Origin: Campylobacteraceae bacterium
GTDB taxonomy: Bacteria > Campylobacterota > Campylobacteria > Campylobacterales > Sulfurospirillaceae
NCBI GenBank assembly: GCA_019162915.1
Contig: JAFLKZ010000013.1
Span: forward strand, 34,522-67,324
DNA length: 32,803 nt
Direction: 5' to 3'
Part shown: positions 19,705 to 27,363 of the stretch, piece after piece
How the letters are laid out: every line of letters starts with the position of its first letter
Numbering within the stretch: the first letter of the stretch is position 1
Notes under the pieces: generated by a model
Told to the model about the DNA's origin: nothing
The model's input: the letters and a program-made list of their open reading frames with translations, nothing else
Database searches by the model: none
Position numbers and translations under genes: made by a program

Positions 19705-22272
19705 TTAATTTTTTCCAAATAATGATGAGAAAAAGCCTGCCACTTTTGAATTATTCAAGAGCCCACTTTTATCTAGTTTTATCAACAGTACTTCAATATT
19801 TTGTAACGATTGCGTGATTGCTTCTACATTAGTTTGCGTAATTTCAACTTTTTTGCTTAATTCATCGACGATAAACTCTTGCTTTTCAGTACTATTTTTA
19901 AAATACGCTGCTTCAAAAGTTCTTCTTTCTTGTGAATATAGTGCAGTTAATTCTTCGATCTTAGAAAGTTCCGAAACTAAATTTTCATATGCTTGGAGAT
20001 TTTCTTGTAAACTATTTTTTTGAACATCACTAATCATTTGTGATGTTTGCAATATATCACCAACTATCACTTTCTCAGATAAAACTGTTTCTCCAATATT
20101 TTGCAATTTTCCAATAGCCTCTTTTTGCAGGCTTGAGTATTGCGTACTAAAGCGTTCTTGTGATTCAAGTATAAATTCTAAAGATGTTCTATTAGTTTGC
20201 AATGAACCATTGATTGTTCCCATTGCACCTAAGATTTCAGAGGACGCTACTTTGGACTCTTTTTGTGTTGTGTCTTGTGTATTTGACACTAAAGAAAGTG
20301 TTTGCTTTACTTTATCTACAGAGGCCAAAATAGCGTTAAAAAGTTCGATAGCTTGAGTTTGATTCTGAACTATTTTTTGATTTTTATCAATTTGCATTCG
20401 AGCAAAATCTTCAAATGCTATAATTTCTTTTTGAATAGTTTCGTCTACTTTTAGCATGCTATTATGAATTTCTTCATAGGCTTTGACACTTTCACCAAGA
20501 TGAGATTTTTGAACCAATTCTATATTAGAAAGAGATTCACCATTATGTAATATTTTAGTATCTATCTCAGAAAGTTTACTGAGTGATGAAGTTAAGATAT
20601 TGGCTGTTTTGGTAGCTTTTTCATCATGCGTATTCGCAAATTCAAACAATGTTTGAGTCTCATGTTTAATAGCAGAATTAACATTATCTATAGCTTCTAA
20701 AAACTCCGAATGCATTCGCTCTTTTTCCTGGTAGCCTTTATCATTTTTTCTATCTATATCTGTTAGTTTTGAGAAAGTGGCTGTCAAAATATGGGCAATT
20801 TTTTCAGATTTTTCTTCTTGTGTTGTAGAAAATTCAGATAAAGTCTGTGTTTCATGCTTAACGGCAGAAGTAACAGATTCAATAGATTCAATAAATTCTG
20901 TATGCATGCGTTCTTTTTCTTGGAAATCTTTTTCTTGCAGTGTTTCTATCTCGGATAGTTTTGTAAATGTTGAATTTAGCACATGTGAAATCTTATCAGA
21001 TTTTATTTCTTGCGTTGAGGCTATATCTAAAAGTGTTTGGGTTTCATGCTTAATTGCTGAACCTACAGTATTGATTGTTTCTATATATTCTAGATACATT
21101 TGTTCAGTTTTTTGATTACCTAACTCACCAATGGAAACAAGTGAGCGCATCGTCTGCTGTTGATTTTCCATTCTTTGATCAACATTAGCAATGCCCTTGC
21201 TAATACTTGAGAGAACTCTTCCATTCTCATCCAATAACTTACTATGATTTTCAAATGCGTACTGAAGCAATGCTCTATCTTCAATTCTAGCAATATTGGT
21301 TTGCGCATAAGACTCTTCTAAGCCATGTGAAAAAGTATCAAATTTACGATAATGACTTTCTTGCCTTTCAGCCATCAAGTGAAGTGATTCTTTTTGTATT
21401 TCCATAATTGATTTAATACCCAATAAAGTTTCCGACATTACATGTAAGCTTTCATGAGATTTAGACAACCTTGCCACTTCTTGTGAAAAATTAGTCATTT
21501 GCTCTAAAAAAACATCCATAAATGTTTTTCTTTGATCTGGCAAAGCTTCCGTTCCAATGGAGGCCCTACCCATGTTTTCAGGAATCAAATCAATAATTCT
21601 ATCTTTAAGCCAATCCTCAATACCATTTATCAGTGTATCTTGTGACCTAAAAAGAATATAACCATTTAACCCAAGTATAACGGCTGAAACAACACCAAAA
21701 AGTGATGCACCAAAACCTATCGCCATACCAGATAAGGGTCCAGAAAAATCTTGCATAATTTGCTTGATATCAACTTCACCATTAAGGCTAAGAATAATCT
21801 GCCCCATACTATCAATTGCTTCAACCAAACCAACAAATGTACCTAAAAGTCCTACTAACATAGATGTATTGATGAAAAAATTGATATAGGATTTTTGTTT
21901 TCTAAATTTATCTTCAAGCCAATCTATAATATTTCTAGACTCATCTTGCGTAAAGAACATCTGTTGCTGACTTTTTCTACTTTGTAACATATGTGCAATA
22001 TTTGCAGGCAAAAGAGAATTAATACTTCTAATATAAAATTCATAACCTGTTTTTTTATATGCTAAGGCACCAAATGTACCACCCAACATCATAATATCAA
22101 ATCCACTCACTATCTGATAAAGTGTACCAACGGCTAACAAACCAACAATGGCTGTACTAAAAATAACAGTAGCCATAAAAAAGATACCCAATAAATCAGC
22201 ATTTGCATAAATGATATATAAAATAAATAGCCAAGTAATAAAATATGCTTTTAAGACTTTAATTCGTTTCAT
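19705..22272 (-). CDS. MotA/TolQ/ExbB-family (SiiB/ZorA-like) ion-channel subunit with a ~650-aa helical cytoplasmic tail
   Basis: Hydrophobic N-terminal TMs, then LVGLLGTFVGL (aa 139-149) and PLSGMAIGFGASLFGVVSAVIL (aa 179-200), the channel helices of this family. The rest is Pro-poor, E/Q/S/K-rich coiled-coil-like sequence. Confidence 0.88.
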   Translation of the reverse strand: MKRIKVLKAYFITWLFILYIIYANADLLGIFFMATVIFSTAIVGLLAVGTLYQIVSGFDIMMLGGTFGALAYKKTGYEFYIRSINSLLPANIAHMLQSRKSQQQMFFTQDESRNIIDWLEDKFRKQKSYINFFINTSMLVGLLGTFVGLVEAIDSMGQIILSLNGEVDIKQIMQDFSGPLSGMAIGFGASLFGVVSAVILGLNGYILFRSQDTLINGIEDWLKDRIIDLIPENMGRASIGTEALPDQRKTFMDVFLEQMTNFSQEVARLSKSHESLHVMSETLLGIKSIMEIQKESLHLMAERQESHYRKFDTFSHGLEESYAQTNIARIEDRALLQYAFENHSKLLDENGRVLSSISKGIANVDQRMENQQQTMRSLVSIGELGNQKTEQMYLEYIETINTVGSAIKHETQTLLDIASTQEIKSDKISHVLNSTFTKLSEIETLQEKDFQEKERMHTEFIESIESVTSAVKHETQTLSEFSTTQEEKSEKIAHILTATFSKLTDIDRKNDKGYQEKERMHSEFLEAIDNVNSAIKHETQTLFEFANTHDEKATKTANILTSSLSKLSEIDTKILHNGESLSNIELVQKSHLGESVKAYEEIHNSMLKVDETIQKEIIAFEDFARMQIDKNQKIVQNQTQAIELFNAILASVDKVKQTLSLVSNTQDTTQKESKVASSEILGAMGTINGSLQTNRTSLEFILESQERFSTQYSSLQKEAIGKLQNIGETVLSEKVIVGDILQTSQMISDVQKNSLQENLQAYENLVSELSKIEELTALYSQERRTFEAAYFKNSTEKQEFIVDELSKKVEITQTNVEAITQSLQNIEVLLIKLDKSGLLNNSKVAGFFSSLFGKN
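20560..21115 (-). repeat. Three tandem 192-bp (64-aa) repeats inside the motor tail
   Basis: The KHETQTL anchor occurs at 21043, 20851 and 20659, exactly 192 bp apart. Unit resembles EKERMHxEFxExIxxVxSAxKHETQTLxEFxxTxxEKxxKxAxILxxxxSKLxxI. Confidence 0.9.
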
Positions 22273-22300
22273 GTTAGATTAAATCTTATCCTTCCGAAAA

Positions 22301-22306
22301 ATTATA
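22301..22306 (-). promoter_or_regulatory. Candidate -10 box (TATAAT) for the motor/T1SS operon
   Basis: TATAAT on the minus strand about 30 nt upstream of the ATG at 22272, followed by GGAAGGA. The AT-rich context lowers specificity. Confidence 0.4.
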
Positions 22307-22485
22307 TTTTTAGCAATTTTTGCCGTTGACTAGAAAATTCACAGTTTAAAATGATTTAGGATAAATTTTATCCATTTTAAGTTATAAAAAACCTTAAAGC
22401 AATATCATTTTTATATTTTAATACTTAAACAGAATATCTAAAATAATTTAGCCATGCAACAACTATTTTGATTTAATACTATCTA

Positions 22486-22494
22486 TGCTAAAAT
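22486..22494 (+). promoter_or_regulatory. Extended -10 box TGCTAAAAT for the NifX-like gene
   Basis: TGnTAAAAT, then AAGGA RBS at 22512-22516 and ATG at 22523. Confidence 0.5.
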
Positions 22495-22522
22495 TCAATA
22501 TAACTTATATAAAGGATAAGAT

Positions 22523-22891
22523 ATGACTATAATATTTCCAACAATGAAAGATGATGGACTCGGTGCAAAAAGAGGAGCTCACTTTGGTAAGGCTAGTTTT
22601 TATACGGCTGTCGTCGTAGAAAATGGTATCGTTAAAGACGTATTGGTGCATAAAAATCCAGGTCATGCAACGGGTGGTTGTGCTAATGCTGTGACTAATA
22701 TTCAAGCTTTAGGTGCAGATACACTCGTAGTTTCAGGAATCGGTGGAGAACCTTTGAAAAAGTTTTTAGCAGTAGGCGTTGATGTCTATTTTGATGACAA
22801 AAATGCAAATGTTGAAGACGCACTGAGAGATTTTCTAGCTGGAAAAACAGCTAAAATCAATCCAAACCATAGCTGTTCTCACGATCACTAA
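22523..22891 (+). CDS. NifB/NifX-family (dinitrogenase FeMo-cofactor-binding domain) protein
   Basis: HFGKA.FY, GHATGGC and ADTLVVSGIGG...GVDVY motifs, with a His/Cys-rich C-terminus (HSCSHDH). Confidence 0.85.
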   Translation: MTIIFPTMKDDGLGAKRGAHFGKASFYTAVVVENGIVKDVLVHKNPGHATGGCANAVTNIQALGADTLVVSGIGGEPLKKFLAVGVDVYFDDKNANVEDALRDFLAGKTAKINPNHSCSHDH

Positions 22892-23385
22892 AAATTAACA
22901 CCACTTTCATCAGGAAGTGGTAGTTTTCGAGAAGGTGGTGGTGCAAGACTAGGCAACAACTGTTGTAATTGTTGTTGTGGCTGCTGTTTTGGTGCTACGT
23001 TAAATAATCCCTCTTTTTTCAGAGCATCAACGATTTCTTGTACAGAGGGATTCATTTTAATAGTCAAATCTTTGATGTAAACGATATCAATGGTAAGGTT
23101 ATGCGTTTTTTTAGCATAAGCAATAAGTGTCGCCTTTAAAAGCTCTTTACCCTTCGATGTAATCAAGTCTTCAGCAAAATAACTACCAATAACTACATTG
23201 AGCGCATCTACCACTTTTCGCTCATACACATCAACATCTTTACCCTCTAAAATAAGACTTAACGTCGCTTCGACTGGCTTTTTATCAGTTTTTGAGAAGA
23301 CATTGGCTTTGAAATTATTCACTGACAATGTATTGGCTACTAAGCTTACATGTAAGAAAAAAAGTGTTACTAAAAATCGCTTCAT
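22888..23385 (-). CDS. FliL-family periplasmic protein (Cj0944c-like) with Gln/Pro-rich tail
   Basis: Signal peptide and DALNVVIGSYFAEDLITSKGKELLK, matching the FliL C-terminal motif. It lies downstream of a Pif1 helicase, as recalled for C. jejuni cj0945c-cj0944c. Confidence 0.75.
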   Translation of the reverse strand: MKRFLVTLFFLHVSLVANTLSVNNFKANVFSKTDKKPVEATLSLILEGKDVDVYERKVVDALNVVIGSYFAEDLITSKGKELLKATLIAYAKKTHNLTIDIVYIKDLTIKMNPSVQEIVDALKKEGLFNVAPKQQPQQQLQQLLPSLAPPPSRKLPLPDESGVNF

Positions 23386-23395
23386 ATTTACCTTT

Positions 23396-23908
23396 TTAAC
23401 CTTTTGTATCTAACACACTTCCTCCAAGTTCGGAAAGTCTTTTATCTACCATTTCAACTGCTTTTTGCATCGTAGTATAGCTAATCTCAGGTAATTTTTC
23501 GCCCCACATATCTTCGGCATCTTTAAAACCTTGAAGCATACCAGATCTTCCCGCTTTGAGTTTTTCAACATCATCTCCCGCACCTAAAATAACAAAATCT
23601 GCTATTCGTTGGCTCGTTTGAGCGATACCAAAGAAACCATCGTCCACTACCAAGGCTTTTGCTTCACTTTGTGTTAATTCGCCTATGGGTTTGCCCTTGT
23701 ATCCTATGTCAGAGAGTCGAAAGGTCTCAGCTTGAGTATTAAAATCATTTTTAGTCTCAACGGTTACCTTCATTTGGTACTCAAAAAGATAAGTGTTTGT
23801 TATCTCTTTGGCCGTTACTTTTTTTTCTTTGTTACTAAGGTCAATTTCTTTGTCGCTTTTAGAATAAGTCGCTAAGCCTTTTGCCTCATATGATAAGTCA
23901 ATTTTCAT
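23396..23908 (-). CDS. Conserved Campylobacterota protein (Cj0391c/FedB-like; often mis-annotated as hydrogenase-4 component G)
   Basis: IGYKGKPIGEL...DGFFGIAQTSQRIADFVI.GAGDDVEKLK...WGEKLPEIS motif. Start moved to ATG 23908 because of the AAGGAG RBS. Confidence 0.65.
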   Translation of the reverse strand: MKIDLSYEAKGLATYSKSDKEIDLSNKEKKVTAKEITNTYLFEYQMKVTVETKNDFNTQAETFRLSDIGYKGKPIGELTQSEAKALVVDDGFFGIAQTSQRIADFVILGAGDDVEKLKAGRSGMLQGFKDAEDMWGEKLPEISYTTMQKAVEMVDKRLSELGGSVLDTKG

Positions 23909-23936
23909 GGATGCTCCTTTATTTTTGTTTACATGT

Positions 23937-23942
23937 AAATCG
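23937..23942 (-). promoter_or_regulatory. Candidate sigma28 (FliA) -10 element CGATTT
   Basis: CGATTT about 30 nt upstream of the ATG at 23908 matches the Campylobacter sigma28 CGATwt motif. Cj0391c is sigma28-dependent (recalled). Confidence 0.45.
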
Positions 23943-25271
23943 TCAAAAATCACCAAAAAGTGAATTGCTTTTTTCTTCTTCTATCTTTAAAATTTTTGTT
24001 TTTTTATAAAACTCCCCTACTTTAGGCGATACTTGAACGCAACGGGAGAGATGACTTTCAAAATGATTGTGAGCATACGCGATAAGAAGATTTTGAGGAA
24101 ATTTTGCCCGACTGATAGCGACATAAAATTGACTTTTTTCAAAGATATTATCGATATTGCACACTAAAGAGTCGATACTCATCCCTTGTGACTTGTGAAT
24201 AGTGATGGCATACGCCAGTTTGAGAGGAAACTGCTCAATAGAGATAAGCGGTTTTTCTTTGACTTCATTTTGCATCACTACATTTTCATGTAAAGTATAT
24301 TCTTGTCGCTCTACTTTGACAACTTCATCCTCTTTTTCAACTAACACAAAATCATCATGTATCTCTTTCACAACACCACGCTCACCATTGTAAAATTTAC
24401 CCCATTTATTGGTACAAAACAGCACTCGTGCGCCTACTTTGAGAGTCAAATCCACAGGTATTGGCAATGCGTTTTTCCAACTCTCAATTTTGTTTACATG
24501 TAAACTTTGTTCATGTACTTTTTCTTTTGCTTTAAGGAGCATTGGCGTCGATTCTATTTGTGCTAATTTTTGAATATTCATCATCTCAGCTTCTTTATTT
24601 CGCCCAAAAAGCACTGTCGGGTCATCTTCCCAAACTTCAATATTTTTTCTAAGTGCACTTAAATAATCTATGATATCGGCTCCAAGTTCCCCTCTTCTAA
24701 TCTTTCCTAATACACTAAAAAAAGCTTCATCATTTGTTCGCTTTGTGATGGTTAACTCAACGACGATAGGCTCAAAGGCACTCCAAGAACTACTCTCAAA
24801 AGCATACTCAAAACCACCCCATAAAGAGTCGTTTTTAGGCTTTGATACAGGTGGCAATTGAAAAAAATCACCTACAAAAAGAACACTTCCCGTAAAACCA
24901 GCACTACGACACCGATAGTAAATCATATCAAGCACATCGCTTGATACCATACTAATTTCATCGATAACAAGAAGGTCACATTTTGAGAGTACTTTTTTGA
25001 TGTCTTTGAGGCGCTGTTTGGCATATTTATCATGGCGATTGAGTTCTGCTAAATCATTACAAATCCCAAAAGCAAAAAAACTATGAAGCGTTTGTCCACC
25101 AACATTAACGGCACTCACACCCGTACTTCCAAGCACGACAATTTGCTTTCCTACTTTTCGAAGCTCACTAACGATTTCACCCACAAGATAGCTTTTGCCA
25201 ACACCCGCACCCCCTGTTAAAAAAAGATTGTTTGTTTTTAAAAATTCAATGACTTTTACTTTAAGACTCAA
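23943..25271 (-). CDS. Pif1-family SF1B ATP-dependent DNA helicase
   Basis: TGGAGVGKS (Walker A), DEISMV, GDFFQLPPV, KRTNDEAF, YNGERG, QFPLKLAYAITIHKSQGMS and YVAISRA motifs. Confidence 0.93.
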   Translation of the reverse strand: MSLKVKVIEFLKTNNLFLTGGAGVGKSYLVGEIVSELRKVGKQIVVLGSTGVSAVNVGGQTLHSFFAFGICNDLAELNRHDKYAKQRLKDIKKVLSKCDLLVIDEISMVSSDVLDMIYYRCRSAGFTGSVLFVGDFFQLPPVSKPKNDSLWGGFEYAFESSSWSAFEPIVVELTITKRTNDEAFFSVLGKIRRGELGADIIDYLSALRKNIEVWEDDPTVLFGRNKEAEMMNIQKLAQIESTPMLLKAKEKVHEQSLHVNKIESWKNALPIPVDLTLKVGARVLFCTNKWGKFYNGERGVVKEIHDDFVLVEKEDEVVKVERQEYTLHENVVMQNEVKEKPLISIEQFPLKLAYAITIHKSQGMSIDSLVCNIDNIFEKSQFYVAISRAKFPQNLLIAYAHNHFESHLSRCVQVSPKVGEFYKKTKILKIEEEKSNSLFGDF

Positions 25272-25294
25272 TTATAATTCCTATTGTTTTTGGT

Positions 25295-25303
25295 ATTATA
25301 GCA
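25295..25303 (-). promoter_or_regulatory. Extended -10 box TGCTATAAT for the helicase operon (divergent 56-bp gap)
   Basis: Perfect TGnTATAAT about 24 nt upstream of the TTG start. A TATAAT on the + strand at 25273-25278 may serve the divergent gene. Confidence 0.55.
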
Positions 25304-25327
25304 TTTACGAAAAAGAAGGGTTCAAAT

Positions 25328-27340
25328 ATGTCAATACGAAATATAATACTGCTTACATGGTGCATCATTTTCTTTGCAGGATGTGCGACTAAAGAAGTAG
25401 AACCAACTAAAATTTCATCTATAACAGAGCCAAAAAAGTCTAACGAACTCTTGATTTATCCACAAAATGTAGATTTTTTAAGCAAAAATATCGCGCCACA
25501 AGCCGTAATGCAAGAAGATTTTACCTATCGTTACTATTCGCCATGGTTTCGCTCTTCAGTAAAACATTCTTTAGAAAATGCCATATGGGGAAAACGTTCT
25601 TACTCACTTAAAAATCGCTACTATGGAGAAAATTTACAACTTATTCCTAGTGTTGATATCGATAAAGTCATCGACAACACCAATTTTGAGAGATTTGCGA
25701 CTACCAACCAACATGCCATCATGACGCAAAATGCGCAAATGCGAAATCTCCCTACTATCAAACCTTATTTCAACAAAACAACACTCCCCGGAGAGGGATT
25801 TCCCTTCGATAACTTACAAAACTCTCGCATCAATGTTAATGAGCCTTTGCTCATCTCACATTACTCTAAAGATGGAGCATGGGCGTTTATTGAGAGTTCA
25901 TTTTCCATAGGTTGGGTACCCATCAATACTTTTGTGCCCCTTGATGCAAAAGAGCGTGTTGCATTTATAAAAGCTGAAAAAATTGCCTTAACAAAGGATA
26001 ATATCGCGCTTTATTCTGATAAGCAAAAGTTTATGACCTATGCAAAAATTGGCTCTATTTTCCCCGTAACAGGAGAAGATGAGCAGTTTTTCACTTCTTA
26101 CATGTACAAAGATGACACCAATGATAATGCGTTCAAAATAACCCTGCGCATTCCCAAAGCCTATGCGAAGAAGATGCCTCTTCATTTCAACCAAGAGAAT
26201 ATCACTTCTATCAGCACACAGCTTTTGGGCGAAAATTACGGTTGGGGTGGCTACTTAGAAAATCGTGACTGTTCAGCGATGACAAGAGATTTTTTAGCCC
26301 CTTTTGCTATTTGGGTGCCTCGAAATTCAGGGGCTCAAAAAAGTTTTGGAACGTATCTATCACTGAAAGATTTAACCACCAAGGAGAAAGAAGAGATGAT
26401 TTTAAAAAATGGCATTGCTTTTTTAAGTCTGATTTACCTCAAAGGGCACATCATGCTTTATGCTGGAGAAAATGAGGGCAAAGCGATGGTCATGCACAAT
26501 GCGTGGGGCATCAAAACAATGGAAAACGGTAAAGAGGGACGAAATATCATCGGTAAAGCCGTTATTTCAGATTTATATATAGGCGAAAACCAACCTTATG
26601 TCAAAGATGGTTCACTGCTTATCAGTAGAGTTGAAGGCATCTTAGTCAAACCTGCCAACACCAAAAGCAACAATCTCACTTTAAAATACCCAAGCATCAC
26701 CGCCATCAAAGACAACACCGTCTTTTTTACCGATGGCACGTCTTTACCCTACGATGATAAAAAAGAAAAAACATTTGATGAAAAACTTGATAACGCTGAC
26801 ATACAAGACCAATTCGCCCAAGTCTATCCTGCCTTTGCACCTATCTTAGCTCCTGCTTTCAACGAAGACCCAGGAAGATTTAGAAATGAGCCTTTGTTTA
26901 AAAAACTCTACGGCTCAAGCAAAAGTGACATCGAAAAAAATCTAACCACTATCAATTGGCTTCCCAACCACGGAGGCAAAAAAATCCAATTTAACAAAAA
27001 CCAAAATGCGAGCGCACAACTTCAAAAAGTCTCTGACGAACTTGACAAACTTCCCAATGAATATATGAAATATCTCAAACATGTTGATGGCACTTACTAC
27101 TACCGAAAAATTGCAGGAACTAGTCGTCTCAGTGCACATAGCTTTGGCATTGCCATAGACATAGACACCAAATTTTCAAGCTACTGGAGATGGGATAAAA
27201 CCTACCAATTTAAAAATGAAATCCCTCAAAAAATCGTCGATATTTTTGAAAAATACGGCTTTGTATGGGGTGGGCGATGGTACCACTACGACACCATGCA
27301 CTTTGAATATAGACCTGAGTTATTTGAGAGTATAGACTAA
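25328..27340 (+). CDS. Lipoprotein: SH3 domains plus NlpC/P60 (C40) endopeptidase fused to an M15-family metallopeptidase
   Basis: Lipobox FFAGC. NlpC/P60 motifs YGWGG...RDCSAM and GHIMLY...MHN. C-terminal M15 motifs YRKIAG...SAHSFGIAIDI and WGGRWYHYDTMHFEY. Confidence 0.9.
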   Translation: MSIRNIILLTWCIIFFAGCATKEVEPTKISSITEPKKSNELLIYPQNVDFLSKNIAPQAVMQEDFTYRYYSPWFRSSVKHSLENAIWGKRSYSLKNRYYGENLQLIPSVDIDKVIDNTNFERFATTNQHAIMTQNAQMRNLPTIKPYFNKTTLPGEGFPFDNLQNSRINVNEPLLISHYSKDGAWAFIESSFSIGWVPINTFVPLDAKERVAFIKAEKIALTKDNIALYSDKQKFMTYAKIGSIFPVTGEDEQFFTSYMYKDDTNDNAFKITLRIPKAYAKKMPLHFNQENITSISTQLLGENYGWGGYLENRDCSAMTRDFLAPFAIWVPRNSGAQKSFGTYLSLKDLTTKEKEEMILKNGIAFLSLIYLKGHIMLYAGENEGKAMVMHNAWGIKTMENGKEGRNIIGKAVISDLYIGENQPYVKDGSLLISRVEGILVKPANTKSNNLTLKYPSITAIKDNTVFFTDGTSLPYDDKKEKTFDEKLDNADIQDQFAQVYPAFAPILAPAFNEDPGRFRNEPLFKKLYGSSKSDIEKNLTTINWLPNHGGKKIQFNKNQNASAQLQKVSDELDKLPNEYMKYLKHVDGTYYYRKIAGTSRLSAHSFGIAIDIDTKFSSYWRWDKTYQFKNEIPQKIVDIFEKYGFVWGGRWYHYDTMHFEYRPELFESID

Positions 27341-27348
27341 GAATAGAG

Positions 27349-27362
27349 CTTTACATGTAAAG
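27349..27362. repeat. 14-bp perfect palindrome CTTTACATGTAAAG between convergent genes
   Basis: Seen directly, in the 23-bp gap between the stop at 27340 and the ancestral Fic stop at 27364. Confidence 0.85.
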
Positions 27363-27363
27363 G

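Noticed and set aside
19091-22272. Zorya anti-phage system (ZorA/ZorB)
   Set aside because: The long-tailed MotA-like plus MotB-like pair fits, but no zorC/D/E follows. The B subunit is translationally coupled to TolC in an adhesin operon and resembles SiiA more.
19091-22272. Flagellar stator motAB, or exbBD/tolQR
   Set aside because: The A subunit has a ~650-aa tail and there is no TonB/TolA or flagellar context.
22273-22522. ops/RfaH antitermination element as found before Salmonella sii operon
   Set aside because: No GGCGGTAG-like sequence is visible in the leader on the minus strand.
22523-22891. Nitrogen fixation locus
   Set aside because: Stand-alone NifX-family proteins are widespread, and no other nif genes are in the window.
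22888-23385. FliL-like protein as a partner of the adjacent motor pair
   Set aside because: Tempting because FliL binds stators, but it is separated by an oppositely oriented gene and appears to belong to the conserved helicase-linked block. No direct support.
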